A model generated the notes under the pieces. It was given only the letters and a program-made list of their open reading frames with translations, searched no databases and was not told the DNA's origin. Both the position numbers and the translations under genes were made by a program. From NCBI GenBank assembly GCA_902385155.1, contig CABMEP010000004.1, positions 1 through 44,911 of the forward strand: a DNA stretch of 44,911 nucleotides, read 5' to 3'. The DNA is from an uncultured archaeon (GTDB lineage: Archaea; Micrarchaeota; Micrarchaeia; CABMEP01). Positions 34,911 through 42,964 of the stretch are shown one piece after another; position 1 is the stretch's first letter; every line of letters begins with the position of its first letter.

Positions 34911-35486
34911 ATGAAGATCGCAATCGAGTCGAAAACAGAGAAGGAAGTCAAGTTCGTTCTCAGCGACGCGACGATCGAGTTCGCGAACCTGCTCCGCAGG
35001 TACGTGATCAACTCGGTCCCGGTGTTCGCGATCGACGACGCGGCGGTATACGAGAACACGAGCTCGTTCTTCGACGAGTATATCGTCCACCGCCTCGGGC
35101 TCATCCCGCTGACCACGCCGCTCAAGGCGAAGGCGAGCGACGAGGCGACGCTCATGCTAGACGCTGAAGGCCCCGGCACCATATATGCCGAGAGCCTGAA
35201 GACCACGGACAAGAACATCCACCCGACGCTGGCAAAGATACCGGTGATCAAGCTGCTCGAAGGGCAGAGGGTGAGGATCGAGGGCAAGGCGATACTCGCG
35301 ACAGGCAAGAAGCACGCGAGGTTCCAGCCGGGCATCGCATCCTACGGATACGACAAGGAGGGCGAATTCAGGTTCGTCGTCGAGTCGTACGGCCAGATGG
35401 ACGCCGAGGACATGCTCAACAAGGCGCTCACGCAGATCCAGGAGAACGCTGAAGAGATAGAGAAGCAGCTAGAGAAGGCCGAGTAA
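34911..35486 (+). CDS. rpoD: DNA-directed RNA polymerase subunit D (Rpo3)
   Basis: FANLLRRYVINSVPVFAIDDAAVYENTSSFFDEYIVHRLGLIPL, in the canonical S11-RpoD position. Confidence 0.9.
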   Translation: MKIAIESKTEKEVKFVLSDATIEFANLLRRYVINSVPVFAIDDAAVYENTSSFFDEYIVHRLGLIPLTTPLKAKASDEATLMLDAEGPGTIYAESLKTTDKNIHPTLAKIPVIKLLEGQRVRIEGKAILATGKKHARFQPGIASYGYDKEGEFRFVVESYGQMDAEDMLNKALTQIQENAEEIEKQLEKAE

Positions 35487-35505
35487 AGATATGTGATATG
35501 GATTT

Positions 35506-35591
35506 GCAGGGGTGGCAGAGCTAGGTCAAATGCGCTAGCTTGAGGGGCTAGTGCCGTAGAGGCTACAAGGGTTCAAATCCCTTCCCCTGCA
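35506..35591 (+). tRNA. tRNA-Leu (anticodon GAG), class II with long variable arm
   Basis: Acceptor GCAGGGG/CCCCTGC plus A73. Anticodon arm CTAGC-TTGAGGG-GCTAG. Variable arm TGCCGTAGAGGCTAC. T-arm AAGGG-TTCAAAT-CCCTT. Confidence 0.9.
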
Positions 35592-35649
35592 CTCAGACAG
35601 GAATCGCAATCAAACGGGAAAAAGCAATCAAGTTCAAAGGTGTTGTAAA

Positions 35650-36003
35650 ATGGTGAAGGGTCCGGAAGATATTAGGACGATCGAAGCGATCAAGACGCTC
35701 ACTGCGGGCAAGACGGCGCAGAAGTCGAAGATGTTCGGGCTCCTCGCGAAGACGCTGAAGGCGCCGAGGCGAGCGAGACCGTCAATCAATCTCGACAAGA
35801 TATCGCGATTCTCACAGCCGAAGTCTGTGGTGGTCATCGCCGGCAAGGTGCTCGGCGCAGGCAAGCTCAGCCACCCGGTCGACATCGTCGCGCTGACATT
35901 CAGCGAGCAGGCGACGAAGAAGATCGAGGACGCGGGCGGAGCGGCCAGGGACTTCAAATGGCTGGTGAAGAACGGCTCCAAGGGAGTCATACTGCTGAAG
36001 TGA
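35650..36003 (+). CDS. rpl18e: 50S ribosomal protein L18e (eL18)
   Basis: RRARPSINLDKISRF....VVVIAGKVLGAGKLSHPVDIVALTFSEQATKKIEDAGG. Confidence 0.9.
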   Translation: MVKGPEDIRTIEAIKTLTAGKTAQKSKMFGLLAKTLKAPRRARPSINLDKISRFSQPKSVVVIAGKVLGAGKLSHPVDIVALTFSEQATKKIEDAGGAARDFKWLVKNGSKGVILLK

Positions 36004-36032
36004 ATTCACGTTGATATTTCGAAGGTATTTCT

Positions 36033-36461
36033 ATGATGATTTTCGATGCTGATGGTGCGATTTTCGGAAGAGTGAGCACGACCGTCGCCAAAGCGCTCCT
36101 CAAGGGCGAGGACGTCGTGGTAGTGAACGCGGAGAAGATAATAATCAGCGGCGATCCGACGCAGACCGTCGACAGGTTCAAGGTGCGCAGGGCGCTGGTG
36201 AACAAGGCGAACCCGCAGCACGCGCCGCACTTCCCGAGGAGGCCGGACATGCTCGTCCGGAGGATGTTCAGGGGGATGCTGCCGTTCTACAAGCAGACCG
36301 GACGCGACGCCTACAAGAGGCTGAAGGTCTACATGGAAGTCCCGACGGAGTTCGAGGCGCAGATGGCGAAGGCCACGAAGTTCGAGAAGAAGGTCCCGAG
36401 GAAATTCATCACGATTCTGGATATCTCAAGAGAGTTGGGTTGGTATGGTAACAAAGAGTAA
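36033..36461 (+). CDS. rpl13: 50S ribosomal protein L13 (uL13)
   Basis: IFDADGAIFGRVSTTVAKALLKGEDVVVVNAEKIIISG...MFRGMLP. Confidence 0.94.
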   Translation: MMIFDADGAIFGRVSTTVAKALLKGEDVVVVNAEKIIISGDPTQTVDRFKVRRALVNKANPQHAPHFPRRPDMLVRRMFRGMLPFYKQTGRDAYKRLKVYMEVPTEFEAQMAKATKFEKKVPRKFITILDISRELGWYGNKE

Positions 36462-36978
36462 GACTGACGTCAAGAAGGAGAAGGTCGCCGAGACCGTGAA
36501 GGAAGCGAAGCCCGTAGTGGCCAAGGTCGAGGAGACCAAGGCGGCAGAGGCGCCGAAGAAGAAGCGCTCCGCCAAGAAGATGAAGCAGATCACGATCTCC
36601 GCGCGCAGGAAGATGTCCGTCGCGAGCGCGAGCATCAAGCTGGGCAAGAACGGCGTCCGCATCAACAAGATGCACGTGGAGTCGCTCGGCAACCCGTACG
36701 TCAAGTCGCTCATACTCGAGCCCCTGAAGATAGCGGGCGACTACGCCAACGGCGTGGAGATCGACGTCACAGTCCGTGGCGGAGGCACCATGTCCCAGGC
36801 GCAGGCGATACGCGCGTCCATCGCGAGGGCTCTCGTGATGCATACGAAGGACCCGCAGCTCAAGCAGGCGATGCTGTCGTATGACAGGTACCTGCTCGTG
36901 GAGGATCCGCGCCAGGTCGAGCCCAAGAAGTACAAGGGACGCAAGGCGCGCGCGAGGTTCCAGAAGTCGTACAGATGA
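36445..36978 (+). CDS. rps9: 30S ribosomal protein S9 (uS9) with K/E/A-rich N-terminal extension
   Basis: VRGGGTMSQAQAIRASIARALV...DPRQVEPKKYKGRKARARFQKSYR. Confidence 0.94.
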   Translation: MVTKSKTDVKKEKVAETVKEAKPVVAKVEETKAAEAPKKKRSAKKMKQITISARRKMSVASASIKLGKNGVRINKMHVESLGNPYVKSLILEPLKIAGDYANGVEIDVTVRGGGTMSQAQAIRASIARALVMHTKDPQLKQAMLSYDRYLLVEDPRQVEPKKYKGRKARARFQKSYR

Positions 36979-36990
36979 TATGTGGTATTC

Positions 36991-37368
36991 ATGACTACGC
37001 AGACCCAGGCAACCGTGAAGCCGAAGCTCCATGACACTCTCGTCAAGACGAAGAGCGACTGGAAGTTCTGCAGGATTTTCGGCAGGCATCATGGCGAGCC
37101 GCTCGACATCATGCTCGAGCCGACCTATACCGGAGTCAAGATCACGTCCGTGAACCACAGGAGGGATCCCGTCGACGAGGTGTATTTCTGCGCCCATAAC
37201 GTGAAGTCCGTGGACAACATCACGAAGTCGATCAGGCCGACCATCAATGACGAGTTTACATTCAACACCGATAACCTCAGGCAGATACGCGTGAGGGCAG
37301 AGACCCAGGACGCAGCGAGGCAGATCGAGGAGCTCATCTCCATGCTGATTGCGAGGGATTCACAATGA
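36991..37368 (+). CDS. hypothetical 125-aa protein inserted between rps9 and rpoN
   Basis: ATG 36991 follows GTGGTATTC. Its TGA (37366-37368) overlaps the rpoN ATG (37365) in an ATGA junction. Predicted beta-rich core plus a C-terminal helix. No family recognised. Confidence 0.55.
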   Translation: MTTQTQATVKPKLHDTLVKTKSDWKFCRIFGRHHGEPLDIMLEPTYTGVKITSVNHRRDPVDEVYFCAHNVKSVDNITKSIRPTINDEFTFNTDNLRQIRVRAETQDAARQIEELISMLIARDSQ

Positions 37369-37562
37369 TGCCACCCGTCAGATGTTTCACGTGCGGAGCC
37401 CCGATCGGGCACCTCTTCGAGGACTACAAGGACAAGGTCAGCCACAACAAGAAGGCCGGCGCGGTACTCGACGAGATGGGCGTGAAGCGCTACTGCTGCA
37501 GGAGGATGTTCCTGTCGCACCTGGACGCGGTGGACGAGATAATTTCATATAGGGGGCATTGA
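37365..37562 (+). CDS. rpoN: DNA-directed RNA polymerase subunit N (Rpo10)
   Basis: MMPPVRCFTCGAPIG..FE.Y...........L...G..RYCCRRM. Confidence 0.93.
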   Translation: MMPPVRCFTCGAPIGHLFEDYKDKVSHNKKAGAVLDEMGVKRYCCRRMFLSHLDAVDEIISYRGH

Positions 37563-37576
37563 GATAATAGTGGCAC

Positions 37577-37685
37577 GGGGCCGTGTGCTAGCCTGGTATG
37601 CTTCCACCTTGGGGTGGTGGCGACCCGAGTTCGAATCCGGCCGCGGCTCGAATCGCCGCTTCCGGCGGCAATCTCGGCGGCCCCA
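37577..37685 (+). tRNA. tRNA-Pro (anticodon GGG) with a 36-nt intron in the T-loop
   Basis: Acceptor GGGGCCG/CGGCCCC plus A73. Anticodon arm CCACC-TTGGGGT-GGTGG. T-stem CCGAG (37625-37629) pairs with CTCGG (37673-37677) only if 36 nt (37634-37669 or 37637-37672) are removed from a TTCGAAT loop. The D-stem is weak (UGCU/UGCU, two GC pairs). Confidence 0.75.
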
Positions 37686-37753
37686 TTACGCTCATGGAAA
37701 TGAGAACAGGATCGAAAATCAGGAAATGTACGATGATATTGAAGGTTGATTGA

Positions 37754-38431
37754 ATGGATGCAAACGTTCCTCACGAGAAGTACCTTGAAGCCGGAGTCCA
37801 CATCGGGACCCGCGTCTCCAGCAAGCAGATGAAGAAGTTCGTCTACAAGTACCGCAAGGACAAGCTCGTCATGCTCAACGTCGATCTGATCGACAAGCGC
37901 GTGCAGGACATGGCCCAGATGGTGGCGAAGTACGACCTCTCCAAGATGGCCGTGATCGCTTCCCGTGTCTACGCGGTTCCAGCCGCGAGGAAGTTCTCAG
38001 AGCTCACAGGCGCTCATGCGTTCGCGGGCAGGTTCGTGCCTGGAACGTTCACCAACCCGGCGAGGAAGGACTTCTTCGAGCCGGAGATCGTGTTCGTGTG
38101 CGACCCGAGAGTGGAGAGGCAGGCCCTGATAGAGGCGACTGAGCTCGGAGTGCTCACCGTGGGCCTCGCGGACACAGACAACTCGCTCAAGTACCTGGAC
38201 TACTTCATCCCGTGCAACAACAAAGGCAAGAAGTCGGTCCCGTTCATATTCTACCTCTTCACGAAGGAGCTGATGAAGGCGAAGGGCCTCATCAAGTCCG
38301 ACGAGGAGTTCACCACCAAGCTCGAGGACTTCGAGCTCGGGGGCATCCGCGAGTCCGCGGTTCCGGAAGGCGCGGAGGATGAGTCTGACGCGCAGACGAA
38401 CGCGGAAGACGCGGCAGCCGAGTCGGATTGA
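37754..38431 (+). CDS. rps2: 30S ribosomal protein S2 (uS2) with acidic tail
   Basis: YLEAGVHIGTRVSSKQMKKFVYKYRKDKLVMLNVD.... Confidence 0.94.
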   Translation: MDANVPHEKYLEAGVHIGTRVSSKQMKKFVYKYRKDKLVMLNVDLIDKRVQDMAQMVAKYDLSKMAVIASRVYAVPAARKFSELTGAHAFAGRFVPGTFTNPARKDFFEPEIVFVCDPRVERQALIEATELGVLTVGLADTDNSLKYLDYFIPCNNKGKKSVPFIFYLFTKELMKAKGLIKSDEEFTTKLEDFELGGIRESAVPEGAEDESDAQTNAEDAAAESD

Positions 38432-38434
38432 GCA

Positions 38435-38476
38435 CGCAGGCATACGGAATCAGCACGCCTGCCCTTTTCCTTTTGT
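38435..38476 (+). terminator. hairpin (GCAGGC...GCCTGC) followed by a T-rich tract after rps2
   Basis: A 6-bp GC-rich stem is followed by CCTTTTCCTTTTGTTT, in a convergent intergenic region. Confidence 0.4.
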
Positions 38477-38559
38477 TTCCAGAACGCCAGCGTGAGCCCT
38501 GCAGGTGTCATCGCGCCTTCGGCTGATGGCGGTAAAACAAAGAAAATCCGTTTGCGGGC

Positions 38560-39777
38560 TCAGCTCTTGAAGCACGACGCCTTCAGGCTGTCGTCCACCA
38601 CGTATGCGCAGTAGTCCCTGGAGAGGTTGTCACGCTGTATCGCGTTGTTTATGCAGGTGTCCTCGTAATAGGCGTCGTTCATCAGCCTGCAGTTCTCGAA
38701 CGTGACATTGACCGTCGCTATGACGTTCAGGTAGCAGAACGCCACGTCGCCCTGCGTAAGGCCGTACGTGCCGATCATTATCTCGCAGGCGTTCGGCCTT
38801 CCAGTCGCCTTCGCGACATCCTCCGCGCACACCCTCTTCATCGACTTCAGTTTTATCGGATCGCATGCGGACTCGTTCCCCGCCTTCACCGCGTATTGCC
38901 AGTAGCAGTTGTCCGCCTTCTGCTCGTCGTTCGACAGGGCGCATGCGGCGGAATTGTTGTTCGCCACCGCGCAGTCGACGTAGCAGTTGTCCTTGTATAT
39001 GCTGTCCACCGCCGAGCCGCAGAGCGCGCAGTTGCCGCTCTTCAACGCGTAATAGCTGTAGCAGTTGTCCCTGATCAGCGTGGCGGACGTGATGCCCGCG
39101 CATTGGCCCGAATTGTTGCTGAGCAGCCCTATGCACGCCACCCTCATGCCTTCGTTGTCTATGAGGTTGCATACGTTCCTCTTCCGCATGCTGAAGTCCA
39201 GGTAGCAGTTGTCGTGTCCCGTGTGGTCCGCCTGCTTCTCGCAGATGCTCTCGTTGTTGCTCGCGATCGCGTCGCAGACATACCTGTTGTAATCGTCCGC
39301 TATCTGCCTGCAGTCCACGCTCACCGTCTGCAGAATGCATTCGTCCTTCTTCGTGGCGTTGATGACGCTCTTGCATGCGATATCCCCTGCCTTGGAAGAG
39401 GCGTTGATCAGGCAGTCGTCCGCCTCGTCCGAGCTCGCGAGCCTGAGGCAGTTGCTGTAGCTGATCTCGGCGAGCTTGTAGACGCACTCCGTGTACCAGC
39501 TCCCGTTCAGCTTCTGGCAGTCGGAATAGCGGTTGTTGTTGAACGCGCGCTGTATGATGCAGCCCTCCATTCCTACCGTCATGTCCTCGCAGGCTTTCGG
39601 CGTGACCACTGGCGTCTGGTTCGTCTCGTTCACGGTCGTCTGGTTCGTCTCATTCCCAGTCTGGTTCACCTTGATCACGCCGGGTATGGACTTCCCGCCG
39701 TTGATGAATTCGAGGCAGCCGAACAGCAGGAGGCCTGCCGCGATGAGCGTCATGAAAATGATCGATTTGTTGTCCAT
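38560..39777 (-). CDS. Cys-rich repeat surface protein (N-terminal TM/signal anchor, N-x-T-rich linker, about a dozen Cys-pair repeats)
   Basis: MDNKSIIFMTLIAAGLLLFGC anchor. NQTGNETNQTTVNETNQT sequon run. Recurring D-x-C-Y-x3-A-x6-9-C units (DNCYLDFS..NVC, DNCYSYYALKSGNC, DNCYVDCAVANNNSAAC, DNCYWQYAVKAGNESAC). Real start is ATG 39777. The 644-aa track ORF is an over-extension. Confidence 0.65.
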   Translation of the reverse strand: MDNKSIIFMTLIAAGLLLFGCLEFINGGKSIPGVIKVNQTGNETNQTTVNETNQTPVVTPKACEDMTVGMEGCIIQRAFNNNRYSDCQKLNGSWYTECVYKLAEISYSNCLRLASSDEADDCLINASSKAGDIACKSVINATKKDECILQTVSVDCRQIADDYNRYVCDAIASNNESICEKQADHTGHDNCYLDFSMRKRNVCNLIDNEGMRVACIGLLSNNSGQCAGITSATLIRDNCYSYYALKSGNCALCGSAVDSIYKDNCYVDCAVANNNSAACALSNDEQKADNCYWQYAVKAGNESACDPIKLKSMKRVCAEDVAKATGRPNACEIMIGTYGLTQGDVAFCYLNVIATVNVTFENCRLMNDAYYEDTCINNAIQRDNLSRDYCAYVVDDSLKASCFKS

Positions 39778-39788
39778 CTTATCTCCTC

Positions 39789-40712
39789 TTAATCGCCGTT
39801 CTTGCCGCGCTTCTTCGGTTCTGCGCCGTTCTCCCATCCCTTCTCCTTGGCCTCCTTCTCGAACTTCAGCCCTATCACCTTGTAGGCGAGCTGCGCGCAC
39901 ATTATCGAGGGCGCGGTGAAACCCGGTATCGGGGAGTGCTCTGCGATGTCGCAGCCCACGATGTTCTTCCTGGCCGCGATCTTGCGTATCAATCCGATGA
40001 CCTCGCTCCACGTGTATCCGTCCGGCTCCGGCATCGGCGTCGCAGGCATGAGCGACGGGTCGAACACGTCCACATCTATGCTGATGTAGACGTTCCTGCT
40101 CGCATTGCTCAGGGCGGTTGCGAGCTCCTTGTCGGTTATCCTGTTGAACGCCTCCTTCTCGGACATGTCGTCGAGCTCCTCGCTGCCGATGTTCCTCACA
40201 CCGATCTGGAGGGTGTCCATGTCGCCGAGCTGCTTCACGACGGACATCCCGGTGACGTTCTTCCCTTCGAACTCCGCCTTCATGTCGGAATGCGCGTCCA
40301 GGAATATGACCGTCATGTCGCCGAAGACGTCTGCCGCTGCCTTCGCGGTGGCGATGGTGATCGCCTGGTCCCCTCCGAGGAACACCGGGAATTTCTTGAA
40401 CTTGAACAGCTCCTTGGCGACCTTCCTCACGAGGTCGAGGCCTTCGGCGCCCTCGTATTCGCGTTCGGGCAACGGGTATATGCCGACCGAGCATGGCGCG
40501 TAGCCGAGCTCGAGGTCGTAATCCTCCACGTTCCAGTTGAGAAGTATCTGCTCCGGGGCGTCCCTGGTGCCCTCGGTGTACGATGTCGTCGCGTACGGGA
40601 CAGGGACGACGCAGGCCCTCGATTCCTCGAAGGTCACGTTCCTGTTCATGAAAAAGGTCTTCCTGAATATGCCCTCGTCCTTGGTCGCCGTGCTCCTAGT
40701 CCTGCCTGCCAT
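39789..40712 (-). CDS. speB: agmatinase/ureohydrolase family (SpeB-like)
   Basis: Mn-binding motifs: GGDQAITIA, FLDAHSDM and SIDVDVFDPS..P....PEPDG. Confidence 0.85.
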   Translation of the reverse strand: MAGRTRSTATKDEGIFRKTFFMNRNVTFEESRACVVPVPYATTSYTEGTRDAPEQILLNWNVEDYDLELGYAPCSVGIYPLPEREYEGAEGLDLVRKVAKELFKFKKFPVFLGGDQAITIATAKAAADVFGDMTVIFLDAHSDMKAEFEGKNVTGMSVVKQLGDMDTLQIGVRNIGSEELDDMSEKEAFNRITDKELATALSNASRNVYISIDVDVFDPSLMPATPMPEPDGYTWSEVIGLIRKIAARKNIVGCDIAEHSPIPGFTAPSIMCAQLAYKVIGLKFEKEAKEKGWENGAEPKKRGKNGD

Positions 40713-40786
40713 GGGGATAATTGGTCGGACCCTTTAAAAAGATTACAAGGGGCGACGCCTCGGCCGTCGGGATGGCTGTTCTGCTC

Positions 40787-41806
40787 TCACTTCTTGTCCA
40801 TGAAGGCGCCGGCGACCACAAGCGGGAACGCGATCGTGGCGTCGGCGAAGACTTTCACCGTGCTGTCCTTTCCTTTCAGCTTGCCCCAGGAGACCGCTTC
40901 GTCCGGCGTCGCTCCGCTGTCGGAGCCGCCTTCCTCCGTCTCCGTGGAGATGTAGACCGCGTAATCCGCTCCCTCCCTGTAGAGGTTTGCGTTCACGACG
41001 TGGTGCTTGATGAATCCGCCCCCGAGCACGATCACGCCCGTCTTCTTCGCCTCTATGGCGATGTTGACCAGCCTGACCATGTCGTCGGCGATGTCTAGCT
41101 TGAAGTCAGCGTTCTTTCTGTCGCTCTGCTTGAAGAAGTAGATCATGTCGCCGATCGATCCGTCGGTCAGCGCGGGGCAGAACGTGGGTATGCCGTTCTT
41201 CGTAGCCCAATAGTAGATTGAGTTCTCGTCCTTCACTTCGGCTCCGAGCCTGTGTATGAACTCGGACGCAGTATGTAAGTGTCCGGTCTTCCTCTGCTCC
41301 TCCAGCAGCTTGGCGAGGAACGGGTGCATCACCTTCTCGAACGCTATGTATCTATCGTTCGGCACGAACACGTTGCCTATGCGGTTCACTCCCTTCGCCC
41401 TCAGCTCCTTGCCTGGAGCCTTGAAGTCCCCGATGACGAACGGCTTGATCGTCTTTATGATGTCCTCCTCCACTCCGCCCGCGGTGGTGACGAGGACATG
41501 GACGAGCTTGTGCTTCACCAGGTACGCTATGACCTCGCGGAGGCCCGAGCTCACCATGTTCGAATTGTACGCGAGGAAGATTACCGCTTTCTCCTTCCTC
41601 ATCTCCTTCACTATCTCTATGGCCCTGCCCAGGTTGGTGGCCTGCATGCCGGTGGTCCCGTACGCCTTCAGGAACCTCTGGAGGTCGAATCCGCCTTCGA
41701 AATCGTATCCCCTGACCGGAGCGCCCGCTATTCCCTGCGAAGGCCTGTAGTTGGCGTCGTGCGCCTTCTTCAGTTTCTCGTATTCTACATCCATGTCGTT
41801 CGGCAT
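40787..41806 (-). CDS. dys: deoxyhypusine synthase
   Basis: GMQATNLGRAIEIV, NSNMVSSGLREVIAYLVKHKLVHVLVTTAGGVEEDIIK and ISTETEEGGSDSGA...EAVSWGK. Confidence 0.9.
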   Translation of the reverse strand: MPNDMDVEYEKLKKAHDANYRPSQGIAGAPVRGYDFEGGFDLQRFLKAYGTTGMQATNLGRAIEIVKEMRKEKAVIFLAYNSNMVSSGLREVIAYLVKHKLVHVLVTTAGGVEEDIIKTIKPFVIGDFKAPGKELRAKGVNRIGNVFVPNDRYIAFEKVMHPFLAKLLEEQRKTGHLHTASEFIHRLGAEVKDENSIYYWATKNGIPTFCPALTDGSIGDMIYFFKQSDRKNADFKLDIADDMVRLVNIAIEAKKTGVIVLGGGFIKHHVVNANLYREGADYAVYISTETEEGGSDSGATPDEAVSWGKLKGKDSTVKVFADATIAFPLVVAGAFMDKK

Positions 41807-41873
41807 GCGATTCCCTATCCCAAAACGTCGGAGAATAAGACGTTAATAATACTATTCCAAACACCTCATCCAA

Positions 41874-41879
41874 TTTAAA
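41874..41879 (+). promoter_or_regulatory. TATA-like element (TTTAAA) about 22-27 nt upstream of ATG 41901
   Basis: Spacing is consistent with a leaderless transcript of the wHTH gene. Confidence 0.35.
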
Positions 41880-41900
41880 CGTTGCCGTCCAATCAATACC

Positions 41901-42224
41901 ATGGAGCTTCCGGAAGCGAAACTGATCCGTTCTGAGGTCCTTCTCAGGGACATGCAGCTGACGGACGACGTCAAGCTCGCACGAAAGTCACTCGTGCGAT
42001 GGCTCGCGCTGTCGCTCGGGCTGATAACCCCGCGCGAGTCCAGGCAGTCGGTGCTGCAGCTCCTTGAGGCCTTGCTCTACTACCATCTGAAGGAGAGGAG
42101 GGAGCCGAACTACCAGGACATCCAGGACTTCCTGAAGACGCAGAACGTGGAGATGAACGAGAAGACTGTCCGTTACCACCTCACCCAGCTGAAGAAGGCC
42201 GGCGTGATAGAGGACGCGAGGTGA
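41901..42224 (+). CDS. winged-helix DNA-binding protein; the ORF appears to continue in-frame past TGA 42222-42224 to 42359
   Basis: KTVRYHLTQLKKAGVIEDAR is a recognition helix plus the first wing strand. After the TGA the same frame reads VYRFAGFQGDNLASALEQSYKQKADVAFSNIKQAVDLLKQMHEQ*. Confidence 0.6.
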   Translation: MELPEAKLIRSEVLLRDMQLTDDVKLARKSLVRWLALSLGLITPRESRQSVLQLLEALLYYHLKERREPNYQDIQDFLKTQNVEMNEKTVRYHLTQLKKAGVIEDAR

Positions 42225-42370
42225 GTCTACCGCTTCGCCGGCTTCCAGGGCGATAATCTTGCCTCCGCTTTAGAGCAGTCGTACAAGCAGAAGGCGGACG
42301 TCGCGTTCTCCAATATCAAGCAGGCGGTGGATCTGCTTAAGCAGATGCATGAGCAGTGAAGGCGTTTCCT

Positions 42371-42964
42371 ATGCTTATTGTAGATACAGAGACAACCGGC
42401 CTTGATCCGAAAAAGCACTCAATCGTCAGCATCGGTGCAGTTGATTTCTCCCACCCGGAGAACACGTTCTATGCGGAGTGCAAGCCGTTCAACGGGGCGG
42501 AATACATGGCGGAGGCGCTCGTGATCAACGGGTTCACCAAGGAGGAGCTCGAGGACCCGAAGAGGAAGACCCTCTACGAGGCGCTCACGGAATTCATCGC
42601 ATGGACGAACACGGCCGAGGACAGGACGCTCGGAGGCCACAACTTCGCGTTCGATCTCGCGTTCCTGCGGTCCGCGGTGGAGATATACAACATCAGCTGG
42701 TCTCCCGGCAGGAGGATCGTCGACACGCATTCCATCTGCTATGCCCATCACCTGAAGCGGGGCATAGCGCCGCCCATGAAGGACGGGCGCACGGATCTCG
42801 GCTTCGACAAGGTGCTCAACTACGTCGGCCTTCCGGCGGAGCCGAAGCCCCATGGCGCCCTCACAGGGGCGAAGATGGCGGCCGAGGCGTTCTCGCGCCT
42901 CATATTCAGCAAGCCCCTGTACCACGAGTTCGAGCAGTTCGCCGTCCCAGAATATCTCCGCTGA
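42371..42964 (+). CDS. DEDDh 3'-5' exonuclease (DnaQ/RNase T-like)
   Basis: Exo I MLIVDTETTGLD, Exo II GHNFAFDLAFL, and Exo III region DTHSICYAHH...H. ATG 42371 is preferred over the track's GTG 42356. Confidence 0.8.
   Translation: MLIVDTETTGLDPKKHSIVSIGAVDFSHPENTFYAECKPFNGAEYMAEALVINGFTKEELEDPKRKTLYEALTEFIAWTNTAEDRTLGGHNFAFDLAFLRSAVEIYNISWSPGRRIVDTHSICYAHHLKRGIAPPMKDGRTDLGFDKVLNYVGLPAEPKPHGALTGAKMAAEAFSRLIFSKPLYHEFEQFAVPEYLR

Noticed and set aside
38560-40494. 644-aa minus-strand ORF in the track
   Set aside because: Chimeric over-extension. Upstream of ATG 39777 it runs out of frame through the agmatinase gene as an Arg/Gly-rich shadow. The real Cys-rich protein begins at MDNKSIIF (39777).
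39936-40955. 339-aa plus-strand ORF, and likewise 38896-39792 (+)
   Set aside because: Antisense shadows of the agmatinase/DHS genes and the Cys-rich gene.
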